Below, piece by piece: positions 25,978 to 34,015 of a stretch of 64,000 bases of DNA. The notes beneath the pieces were generated by a model, which saw only the letters and a list, made by a program, of their open reading frames with translations, had not been told where the DNA came from and made no database searches. A program made the translations under genes and the position numbers. Origin of the DNA: Alphaproteobacteria bacterium (GTDB taxonomy: Bacteria > Pseudomonadota > Alphaproteobacteria > Bin95). The first letter of the stretch is position 1. Each line of letters starts with the position of its first letter. The DNA is taken from positions 480,001 to 544,000 of the forward strand of contig OZ219786.1 of the NCBI GenBank assembly GCA_964291285.2. Reading direction: 5' to 3'.

Positions 25978-26967
25978 TCAGTTCTCCCTTGCGCGCCGCG
26001 GTATCTCCGGACGTTCCAGGAAGGACGCCCGCAGCTCCCGTCCTTCCACCGAAACCATTGCGTAGGGCACGCCGGGCAGCCTGTAGGCCCAGCGTCCGGA
26101 CGGGTCCCGCTCCGCCGCCCGCGCGCCCGGGGCGACCAGATACGCCCGCGTCACCAGCAGCAGCTCCTCCCCGAGCCGCCAGGCGCGCCCGTCGATGCCT
26201 TCCACATCGAGCGGCCGGGCGCCCGCCGGCGCCGCGCCCGACAGCAGCCCGAGAAGCATGTCCGAGCCCGCATGAAACCCCGCCGCCGCGCCCGCATCGA
26301 GCGGATCGGCGTTCGGTCCGTCCTCCGGGAGGCGCACCGCCAGGCTGAAATCGACCGCGCCGTCCCCCTCTGCCATCACCAGGATCAGCGGCTCCGCCAG
26401 CCCCTCCAGCATCACCGAGGCATTGCCGGCCAGCCACCGCGCATTCGGCTTCAGGTGAAGCAGGTGCCCGGCATCGGCCGGCGCTCCCTCGCCGCCCGCC
26501 GCCACGAAGTTCTCGTTCACCAGCGCGTGCGCGATCGGCCAGGGCGCGCCGGTCCGGTCGTAGAACCCGACCGACGTCACATAGTCGGCATGCACCGCGA
26601 CCTCCTGGACCGCCCCCGCCCCGAGGCCGTCCAGGTCGATCCTGCGGACCCGCCCGGGCGGCGCCGCCCCGCGCGCCCGCGCCGCCGCCCTCTGCGTCTG
26701 CTCCAGCAGGCGGCCCAGCAGCGCGATCTGCTCCTGGGTAAAGGGAAGCCGCAGGCGGCCCGCCGCCGCGGCGTCCCCGTCCGGCATCGCATGCTCCGGC
26801 CAGACGTCCGCGTCCCGGTCCTGCCCGGAAGGGGGCGCCTGTCTCCCGGCAGGCGCCGGCGGCGCCGCCGCCTGCTGGCCCGCCGCCGGCCCCGCCCACG
26901 CCAACAGCCCCAGCACCGCCAGCGCCGCCAGTTCGGCGCGTCCGCGCCCGATCCGCAACAATGTCAT
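25978..26967 (-). CDS. dotH: DotH/IcmK/TraN outer-membrane core protein
   Basis: Signal peptide; LPFTQEQI; YVTSVGFYDRTGAPWPI; GNASVMLEGLAEP; VDF...VRLP..GPNA. Confidence 0.9.
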   Translation of the reverse strand: MTLLRIGRGRAELAALAVLGLLAWAGPAAGQQAAAPPAPAGRQAPPSGQDRDADVWPEHAMPDGDAAAAGRLRLPFTQEQIALLGRLLEQTQRAAARARGAAPPGRVRRIDLDGLGAGAVQEVAVHADYVTSVGFYDRTGAPWPIAHALVNENFVAAGGEGAPADAGHLLHLKPNARWLAGNASVMLEGLAEPLILVMAEGDGAVDFSLAVRLPEDGPNADPLDAGAAAGFHAGSDMLLGLLSGAAPAGARPLDVEGIDGRAWRLGEELLLVTRAYLVAPGARAAERDPSGRWAYRLPGVPYAMVSVEGRELRASFLERPEIPRRAREN

Positions 26968-27593
26968 GGTCCCGCCGCTCCCCTCCTGCCCAGCAGAAAA
27001 TCCGCGATCGCCAGCCCCGACAGCCGCTCCGGGCGCGGCGCCCGCACGACCAGGAGGCGCGCCGCCAGCTTCGCATCCGCCCGCGCGCCCTCGCCGGCGT
27101 AGAAGGTCAGCAGCAGCGGCACCTCGACCTCGTATCCGAGGCGCCCGCTTCCCGTCTTCCGCACCCGCATCACCACCGCCGCGCCCTGCGCCACGGCCGA
27201 CACCACCTGCCGCTGCTTGCGCAGGCGCTCCAGCACCAGGCTGTCCTCGAGCACCGCCCGGTAGCTCCCGAAACCGTCCCCGGTGAACCGGTCCCTCATC
27301 GCCTCGATGCGTCCTTCCCGGTCGTCGAAGCCGATATCGAGAGCCTGCGTCACCGTGGCGACGGTCCAGGCCAGCATCGCGTCGATCGCGATGTCCGCTT
27401 CGGAATCCTCCGCCGCCCAGACCGCCTCCGGCTCGCCGCGGCCATCCATCGCGAACGCCGCATGGGCCCTCTCCTGCCACTGCATCGCCGCCAGCAGTCC
27501 GCCGGCCGTCAGCGCCTGCGCGGCAACCGCCGCCAGGGTCAGGCCGGGCCATATCCCGTGCCTGCGCATCCCCCGAGCCGACGCCGGCCTCAT
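26964..27593 (-). CDS. dotI: DotI/IcmL/TraM (VirB8-like) protein, copy 2
   Basis: WTVATVTQALDIGFDD......MRDRFTGDGFGSYRAVLEDS; VVSAV.QG. Confidence 0.8.
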   Translation of the reverse strand: MRPASARGMRRHGIWPGLTLAAVAAQALTAGGLLAAMQWQERAHAAFAMDGRGEPEAVWAAEDSEADIAIDAMLAWTVATVTQALDIGFDDREGRIEAMRDRFTGDGFGSYRAVLEDSLVLERLRKQRQVVSAVAQGAAVVMRVRKTGSGRLGYEVEVPLLLTFYAGEGARADAKLAARLLVVRAPRPERLSGLAIADFLLGRRGAAGP

Positions 27594-28303
27594 CGCCGCA
27601 GTCCCTCCGCCCTCGAAAACCGGAACTGTTCGATCGCCAGGCCGGACAGCCGCTCGGTGCGCGCCATGCGCACCACGAGCGCCTCGGCAACCAGGTCCTC
27701 GACCACCCTCTCGTCCGCCCTGGCGTAGAAGGTCAGCGACATCGGGAACTTCACCTGGTAACCCACGGCGCCGTCCGCGAATGTCCGGACCCGCTCCAGG
27801 ACCGGCGCGCCCCGCGCCACGGCCGACACCACCTGGCCCAGCTCGCCGATCCGCTGGAACACCAGGCTGTCCTCCAGCACCCGCTGGTAGCTGTCGAACC
27901 CCTCGTCGGTGAAACGGTCCCGCACCCCCTCGATGCGCCCGCGATAGTCGTGGAAGCCCATGGTGAAGGCCTCGGTCACCGACCCCACCGTCCAGGTGAG
28001 CACCATGCCGATCTCCTCCTCGCCTTCGACCCCCGCCGCCGACACGATCGGCAGGGTGCGCCCCGACATGTCCGTGGCGACCGCGATGTAGACCGTGTCC
28101 CTGGACTCCATCCACGCCGCGAGCGCGCCGATCGTCAGCGTCTGGCCGACCACCGCGGCGACCGCCACCCGGCGCCAGGCGCGGTGCTGGGCAATGTGGT
28201 AAGCCTGCGACCCCGACACGGCCGCCATGACCTCGCTCAGCCGCGAGCTGCCCGACGCACGCTCGCGCACCGATCCCGGGTCCCGGCGCCAGGGCAGCCT
28301 CAT
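27590..28303 (-). CDS. dotI: DotI/IcmL/TraM (VirB8-like) protein, copy 1
   Basis: Single TM then WTVGSVTEAFTMGFHDYR......RDRFTDEGFDSYQRVLEDS...GLAIEQ. Confidence 0.88.
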   Translation of the reverse strand: MRLPWRRDPGSVRERASGSSRLSEVMAAVSGSQAYHIAQHRAWRRVAVAAVVGQTLTIGALAAWMESRDTVYIAVATDMSGRTLPIVSAAGVEGEEEIGMVLTWTVGSVTEAFTMGFHDYRGRIEGVRDRFTDEGFDSYQRVLEDSLVFQRIGELGQVVSAVARGAPVLERVRTFADGAVGYQVKFPMSLTFYARADERVVEDLVAEALVVRMARTERLSGLAIEQFRFSRAEGLRR

Positions 28304-29169
28304 CGCGTGGCGCCTCCGGACCGGAAGCCCGGTTCCGGACGCCCCGCATGAACCCGGATTGCGCCCGCGTCGTCCCGCCACGCAAGGAAGGGCACGACCT
28401 CCGCGCCGAATGCCCGCCAGAGCGCATGGTTCGCCTCCAGCCGGTCCGTCCCTTCCGCCGCCGCGGCAGCCGGGCCGGACCCGAACCATGCCAGCGCCGG
28501 GTTCCCGGCCGCCGCGATCCCCGCCGCCTGCGCGAGCGAGTCCTCTCCCAGCAGCCCCACCGGCACCGCATGCAGGCGGAACTCCCCGTCGAGCGCCCGG
28601 CTCCCCTGTTCAGCCGCCGCCTGCCTCGACCAGGGGCAGGCGGGATCGATGAACGCCACCACGTCCGGACCCCTCTCGCCCAGCGTGAACGCGGCCGCAT
28701 CGAGCGCCCGCTCGAACAGCGCCTGCCGTCCCCCCTCCGGAGCCGCAGACCGCGACGCCAGCGCATACCCGGCCGCCGCCGCCCGGACCGCGTCTTCCAC
28801 CGGCGAAGGCCCGGGCGCCGCCGCACCCGGGCGCGAGGCGCCGCCGACCGCCTCTGCGGCCGCTCCCGCCTTCGCCGCCGCCCGCAGCTGCCCGCCGGTC
28901 AGCTCCAGCCCGTCCGGGCCGTAAAGCAGGCCCGCTACCGCGTGACCGTCCGGCGCCGCATAGACCGGGAACACGCTTCCGTCCGGCCGGCGCACCAGCC
29001 AGCCTTCCAGCAGGCCGGACCGCCCGAGCGGCACGAGCGCCGCCCCGGACCGCTCCAGCGCCGCCAGCACGGCCGGAAGCCGCTCTTCGGAATGCCCGAG
29101 CCTCAGCCCGCCCACGATCAGCAGCACCAGGAGCGCCGAAAACACCGCCACGCGCACGACCGCCCTCAT
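28300..29169 (-). CDS. DsbG/DsbC-like thioredoxin-fold protein (TrbB-like), CxxS active site
   Basis: VYAAPDGHAVAGLLYGPDG.ELT DsbG-type N-domain; VVAFIDPACPWS; VPVGLLG..S; cis-Pro loop VVP. Confidence 0.8.
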   Translation of the reverse strand: MRAVVRVAVFSALLVLLIVGGLRLGHSEERLPAVLAALERSGAALVPLGRSGLLEGWLVRRPDGSVFPVYAAPDGHAVAGLLYGPDGLELTGGQLRAAAKAGAAAEAVGGASRPGAAAPGPSPVEDAVRAAAAGYALASRSAAPEGGRQALFERALDAAAFTLGERGPDVVAFIDPACPWSRQAAAEQGSRALDGEFRLHAVPVGLLGEDSLAQAAGIAAAGNPALAWFGSGPAAAAAEGTDRLEANHALWRAFGAEVVPFLAWRDDAGAIRVHAGRPEPGFRSGGATR

Positions 29170-29170
29170 C

Positions 29171-29449
29171 TCAGCCCCGCCCGTAGTCCAGGAACCGCCG
29201 CATGCGCCGGCGGTGCAGCGCCCGGCGCTTCCCCGCGAGAGCCGCGCGCATCGCGCGCAGCGCCGCCGGCGGCCGGTAGCCCCGCGCCTCCGCAGCCCTG
29301 AACGCCAGCCAGGCGAGCAGCACCGCGCCGCCCGTCCACCAGCCCGGCACGAACACCGCCGCGACCGCCAACGGCAGCAGGCGCGCGTCGAACGGCCCCA
29401 GCCGAACCGGGCGCATCGAATCCCGCCACGCCCAGCCCTCTCCCTCCAT
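29171..29449 (-). CDS. icmT: IcmT/TraK family protein
   Basis: WRDSMRPVRLGPFDAR...RGY....ALR..R..LAG..R. Confidence 0.88.
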   Translation of the reverse strand: MEGEGWAWRDSMRPVRLGPFDARLLPLAVAAVFVPGWWTGGAVLLAWLAFRAAEARGYRPPAALRAMRAALAGKRRALHRRRMRRFLDYGRG

Positions 29450-29461
29450 GAGCCCGCGCCC

Positions 29462-30610
29462 TCACGCGCCCGCCCGTTCGCCGGCGTCGCGCAGGTCTCC
29501 CGACGCCGCCAGCGCCCGGGCCAGGTCCCCGCGCCCGATCCGCCCGGCTTCATGGGCCCGCACCCCGGCCTCGCCGAGGCCCCCGCAGCGCTTCCGCACC
29601 TCCGCCTGGATCGCCATCGGCCAGTCGCCCCGGGGCAGCTGGAACAGGCGCTGCTTCAGCGCGCCGTCGAACCGCAGCCACTCCCGGATCGCGGTCCGCC
29701 CGCCCTGCGGGTTCGGGACCAGCATCTGCGTCGCGACAAGCGTGAGGCGCTGCATCAGCGCCACGGCCCGCTCGTCCCGCTCCGCCGGCGCAAACGCCGA
29801 CAGCAACCGGCGCATGGTCGCCGACACGCCCACCGTGTGCGTCGTCGAATACACCGCCATCCCCTGGTCCGAGGCGTTCAGCACCGCCTCGATCGTCTCC
29901 AGGTCGCGCGCCTCGCCCACCATCACCGCCGCCGGACGGCGCCTCACCGCAGAGCGCAGCGCCTCCGCGAACGTCTCCACATGCGTCGGAACCTCCGTCT
30001 GCTCGATCATCGCCAGGTCCGCCTCGATCCGGGACAGGTCGAACTCCACCGGGTTCTCGAACGTCAGCACCTTGCCCCGGCCGGTCTCCACCAGCCGGCG
30101 CATCGCCGCGGCCAGCAATGTCGACTTGCCGGACCCCGGAACCCCCGTGACCAGGCAAATCCCCTCGCCGAGCTGCAACGCCGCCGCGATCTCCTCCTCG
30201 ACCCCGAGCGCGTCCAGCTCCGGCGCCTCCTCCGGAAGCACCCTCAGCGCCACGCCCATCCCCCAGCGCCCGTCGAACTGCTTCGGCAGCATGTTCACCC
30301 TGAAACGCCGCCGGCGCCGGTCCGGCCCGACCGCCGTGTGGCTGCAGTCGATCGCCCCGCCGCCGCGAAGCTCCGTCTCGGCCCGCTCCCGGCTCACATG
30401 CAGACCGCCGGCAACACGCCCCATCGCCGGGCCGTCCAGCCGCGCCCGGGTCGCCCGGCGCAACTGCCCGTCCACCTCGATGAACGCCGGAAGGCCCGTC
30501 GAGAAGGCGATATCCGCCGCCCCCAGGTCCGCCGCCCACAACAGGAACTCGTCAAGCCGGTCGGTCGGAAACGACCGCTCCCCCGGCTCCCACATGCCGG
30601 GCCCGCTCAC
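29462..30610 (-). CDS. dotB: DotB/TraJ (PilT-like) secretion ATPase
   Basis: GICLVTGVPGSGKSTLLAA; LTFENPVEF; AVRRRPAAVMVGEARDLETI; YSTTHT; GGRTAIREWLRFD. Confidence 0.92.
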   Translation of the reverse strand: MSGPGMWEPGERSFPTDRLDEFLLWAADLGAADIAFSTGLPAFIEVDGQLRRATRARLDGPAMGRVAGGLHVSRERAETELRGGGAIDCSHTAVGPDRRRRRFRVNMLPKQFDGRWGMGVALRVLPEEAPELDALGVEEEIAAALQLGEGICLVTGVPGSGKSTLLAAAMRRLVETGRGKVLTFENPVEFDLSRIEADLAMIEQTEVPTHVETFAEALRSAVRRRPAAVMVGEARDLETIEAVLNASDQGMAVYSTTHTVGVSATMRRLLSAFAPAERDERAVALMQRLTLVATQMLVPNPQGGRTAIREWLRFDGALKQRLFQLPRGDWPMAIQAEVRKRCGGLGEAGVRAHEAGRIGRGDLARALAASGDLRDAGERAGA

Positions 30611-31047
30611 GGCCCCTCTCCCTTCGCCGGAACGCGCCGCCAGTGCGCCCGCACCAGGACCCGGCGCTCGGCCCCCATCCACTCCGGCTCGTCGCCGGGC
30701 CCGGCGTTCCGCAGCGAGTCCAGGCGGTTCAGCCAGGCCCGCGCGCCGGCCAGCACCACCAGGGCGACACGCCCGGAACGGTCACCGCCGCCAGGCTCCC
30801 GGTATTCGAGACGCCCCATCACCTGCAGCGCCGCGCCCTTCACCACCAGCCGGCGCGCAAGGTCGGCCTGCGCGCCGACCGCGCGCACATGGTGCCACTC
30901 GACACGCTCCTCATACTCCCCGCCGCGCCGGTAGCGCCGGAGGTTCGTCGCCAGCGAGAAGTCCGCGACCTCCGTCCCGCCGGCCTGCCGGACCTCCGCG
31001 TCCTTGCCCGCATGGCCCACAAGGTGCACGTCCGAAAGGTTCAGCAC
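30607..31047 (-). CDS. ssb: Single-stranded DNA-binding protein
   Basis: VHLVGHAGKDAEVR, FSLATN, EWHHV, KGAALQVMGRLEYR; AGGAGG SD before GTG 31047. Confidence 0.88.
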   Translation of the reverse strand: MLNLSDVHLVGHAGKDAEVRQAGGTEVADFSLATNLRRYRRGGEYEERVEWHHVRAVGAQADLARRLVVKGAALQVMGRLEYREPGGGDRSGRVALVVLAGARAWLNRLDSLRNAGPGDEPEWMGAERRVLVRAHWRRVPAKGEGP

Positions 31048-31081
31048 CGCGCTGCCTCCTTCGCCTTCCGCAACATCCGGA

Positions 31082-31960
31082 TCACCGTCCGCTCCCCCAT
31101 CCGCCGCCCGGCGCCACACGCTCCGGCAGCGGGCGCCACTCCCGCGGCGCCAGGTTGAACCGCGCCCGCCCGTCGAGGCGCACCACCCGCTCCCCGATCC
31201 GCATCAGGCTCTCGTGTCCCGAGACCGCCGTCTCCTCGAACCGCGTCTCGAGCGGGGTCACCATCCGCGCCGCGCGAAGCCGGTGCCAGCGCACGACACC
31301 CCGGAACACCGCCACCAGACGCTCCAGGTCCGAGGCATGGATGTCGTCCGCCAGCCTGACCCCGCGCGCCCATCCCTCCTCCAGCCAGCCGTCCCAGCGC
31401 GCGCGCTCCGCCGCCCCGCGCGGGAACAGCACCGGCGAGGGCCTCCGCGCCGGCTCCCAGTCCCGCTCCAGCCACGCGCGCCAGGTCGGCGCCGCCCCCA
31501 CGATCCGCTCCCCGGCCGCGATCCGCAGCACCTGCCGGGCGCCCGCCGCCATGTCGTCCTCGATCCGCACCGCATCCCGCGTCTCCGCAAGAACCGGCGG
31601 CATCACCAGGAACCCGCCCCGGGCCACCAGCAGCGCGCCGAAATCGAATACCGCCGAGAGACGCTCCGCCTGTTCCTCGAGAAGCGCCGCGATCTCCCGG
31701 CCCCTATGCGCAAGCCCCGCCTGCGAGGCCCAGGCCAGCGCCGCAAGCCGCTGCGCCTCGCCCCGGCGCTCCGCCGCGCGCGCCGCCGCGCCGCCCGCCT
31801 CCCCGGCCGGCGCCGTCTCCTTCAGCGCCTGAAGGTCCGGCAGCGGCGCCGCGCCCGGCCCCGCCGGAGACGACGCATGAACCGGCGCCGCCGCCAGCAG
31901 CAGCAGCGCCGCAAGCGCGGATACCCCGTGCCGCCGGCGAACCCCGGAGCCGGCGGTCAT
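31082..31960 (-). CDS. dotC: DotC/TraI family protein
   Basis: AALAWASQAGL, LSAVFDFGAL, MPPVLAE, PTWRAWL, WLEEGWARGVRLA..I....L.RL...F.G. Confidence 0.88.
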   Translation of the reverse strand: MTAGSGVRRRHGVSALAALLLLAAAPVHASSPAGPGAAPLPDLQALKETAPAGEAGGAAARAAERRGEAQRLAALAWASQAGLAHRGREIAALLEEQAERLSAVFDFGALLVARGGFLVMPPVLAETRDAVRIEDDMAAGARQVLRIAAGERIVGAAPTWRAWLERDWEPARRPSPVLFPRGAAERARWDGWLEEGWARGVRLADDIHASDLERLVAVFRGVVRWHRLRAARMVTPLETRFEETAVSGHESLMRIGERVVRLDGRARFNLAPREWRPLPERVAPGGGWGSGR

Positions 31961-32574
31961 TGCCCCCTCCCTGTTGCGGGTCCGCGATGGCGCACCGCCA
32001 GCGTCCGGCCGTCCGGGCCGAGCGCCGCGACAGGCGCGGGGTCCAGCCCGGAAAGGGACCGCGACACGGCCGCCACGGCTTCCGCAAAGGTCCCCCGGAA
32101 GCGGCGCGCCTCGCCCAGCCGGTAGCTCCGGTCCGTCAGCCAGACGAGCTCGACGCCCGCCATCGCGCTCCAGCGCGCCAGCGCCTGGCGCAGCGTCTCG
32201 CCCCGCGCCACGCTCCAGTCCGCAACGCCCCGGCCCGCGGTCGCCAGCTCGACCTCGCCGGGCGGCAGCCCCGCGGGGCGCACATGAACCTCGCCGCCAT
32301 GGCGCTCCCAGGCGAGCCCGAAATCCCACAGCAGCACCCGCCAGTCCGTGTAGACCGCCCGCGCCCGGCGCCCGGTGTCCACGCGCCGGTCCCAGCGCAG
32401 CCTCGCGCCCGCCGGAACCAGCCGCGCCGCAACCTCCGCGATCCCCAGACGGTCCGGCGGTCCATGGATGAACATCGAACGGTCCGACTCCACGGGCGTC
32501 CAGGAGAAGCCCGCCGCCGCCGGCGCCGGCGACAGCGCCGCCAGCACCGCCAGCACCCTCGGCAATGCCGTCAC
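31957..32574 (-). CDS. TcpQ-domain secreted protein
   Basis: Signal peptide; WSVARGETLRQALARWS..AGVELVW....Y.......F.GTF.EAV motif. Confidence 0.75.
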   Translation of the reverse strand: MTALPRVLAVLAALSPAPAAAGFSWTPVESDRSMFIHGPPDRLGIAEVAARLVPAGARLRWDRRVDTGRRARAVYTDWRVLLWDFGLAWERHGGEVHVRPAGLPPGEVELATAGRGVADWSVARGETLRQALARWSAMAGVELVWLTDRSYRLGEARRFRGTFAEAVAAVSRSLSGLDPAPVAALGPDGRTLAVRHRGPATGRGQ

Positions 32575-33101
32575 GACCCCTCCCCGCCGGGAGGCGGCGG
32601 ATCCGCCGCCTCCGGCCCGATCCAGTCCAGCCGCACGGCCATCCGCCCGGCATCCGTCGTCAGCAGCGCCCGCCCCCCGGCCTGGAGACCGATATCGCGA
32701 AGCACGAAGATCACCGGCTCGTCCTCGACATCGACCGAGACCATCACCGGCGCCGGCGGGCGCGGACCGGCGACCACGAAGTCGTAGCCGATCTCCGCCG
32801 CAAGCCGCTCCGCCACCCGCTCCAGCGGGCCCAGCCAGTCCAGCGTCACCCGCGTCTGCAGCTCCGGCGTCACCAGGCGCGGCACATCGACCGCAGGCGG
32901 CGCGCCGGCCGCGCGGACCTCCGCCAGCCGCGTCAGCGCCTCCTGCGCCAGAACCATCGCCTCGGCTATCCGCATCTCCGCCGGGTCGCCCGCGACCGCC
33001 GCCGCGGACCGGTCCTGCGCCCGGCCGGGATCGAGCGACTGGCAGCCGGCAAGCGCCAGCGCCCCGGCCACCATCCCGCCAAGCGCCGCGCCCACGCTCA
33101 T
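32571..33101 (-). CDS. dotD: DotD/TraH lipoprotein
   Basis: Lipobox LAGC; VTLDWLGPLE....LA..IGY.F.V.G.RP..PV.VSV......VLRDIGLQAG. Confidence 0.9.
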   Translation of the reverse strand: MSVGAALGGMVAGALALAGCQSLDPGRAQDRSAAAVAGDPAEMRIAEAMVLAQEALTRLAEVRAAGAPPAVDVPRLVTPELQTRVTLDWLGPLERVAERLAAEIGYDFVVAGPRPPAPVMVSVDVEDEPVIFVLRDIGLQAGGRALLTTDAGRMAVRLDWIGPEAADPPPPGGEGS

Positions 33102-34015
33102 GGCGCCGCGCTCCCGATATCGCGCACCACAAGCCAACGGTTCGGATAGGCCGTCGCCGTCAGCGTCCGGCGCATCGGCCGGGTCGCCAGCAGCGCGTCT
33201 GCTGCCGCCAGGAACCCCTCCTCCTCCGTACCGCCCGCCGGAAACGACGCCGCCGCGCCCACCGCATAACGCCGCGCGCTCCGCCAGGCCACCTGCCAGC
33301 CGGCGCGCGCCGCCCAGGCCCGCAGCACCTCCTCCACCGTACCGTGCTCGTCCGGCGCCACTTCCCAGGCCGGCGGCGGCGCCGGCGCCGCCTCTTCCGG
33401 CGCCGCCCCGTCCTGTCCCTCCAGCGCCGCAGCAGCAGCGGGAGCCGCCGGCGCCGCGTCCGCCCCGGCGGACCGGGCGGCCTCCGCCTCGTTCTCCGCA
33501 ACCGCGGCCAGGACGCCGACCGCAACGCCCGCAGGCAGATGCTGCGCCCCGCGCTGCTCCCGATCCGCATAGCGCCAGAAAACCACCCGCCCGTCCTCCC
33601 AGCCCCAGTCGTAGCCCGACAGCCGGGCGATCTCGTCCAGAACCTCCGGAACCGTCCCCCGCATCGAAAGGCCGAACGGAACCGCCGGCTCGAGAACGAG
33701 ATCGCCGTCCAGGACACGGCCCGGGCGGTCCTGAAGCACCGCCTTCACCCCCGCCAGGTCCGCAACCAGACCCGCCAGTTCCCGGAAGGGCAGAGGGGTC
33801 AGCTGCCTGACCTCGATTTCAAGGTCGGAGACTTCGACGGGGAGATCCCTCGACGGCGCCGCGACCGTCACCGTCGCCGCCAGGGGCGCCGCACCCGGCG
33901 CGCCCGCCTGCGACGCCGGCGACAGCAGGGCAAGCGACACGGCAAGCAGGAACCCCATCAGCAGCAGCAGCTCCGCGCCCGTTCGTTCAACCCGCCTCCG
34001 GTTACCGTTCCGCAC
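33098..34015 (-). CDS. PilL/TcpQ-domain secreted protein
   Basis: Signal peptide; N0-like GTVPEVLDEIARLSGYDW; C-terminal WEVAP...TV..VL..WA.RAGWQV.W.....Y.V.A.ASF. Confidence 0.7.
   Translation of the reverse strand: MRNGNRRRVERTGAELLLLMGFLLAVSLALLSPASQAGAPGAAPLAATVTVAAPSRDLPVEVSDLEIEVRQLTPLPFRELAGLVADLAGVKAVLQDRPGRVLDGDLVLEPAVPFGLSMRGTVPEVLDEIARLSGYDWGWEDGRVVFWRYADREQRGAQHLPAGVAVGVLAAVAENEAEAARSAGADAAPAAPAAAAALEGQDGAAPEEAAPAPPPAWEVAPDEHGTVEEVLRAWAARAGWQVAWRSARRYAVGAAASFPAGGTEEEGFLAAADALLATRPMRRTLTATAYPNRWLVVRDIGSAAP

Noticed and set aside
20044-33101. Legionella-type virulence effector secretion system
   Set aside because: Linkage to a type IVb pilus, ssb, HU, a VirD4-type T4CP and a resolvase, and no recognised icmS/W, dotL/M/N or icmF/dotU, fit conjugation better; protein export is not excluded.
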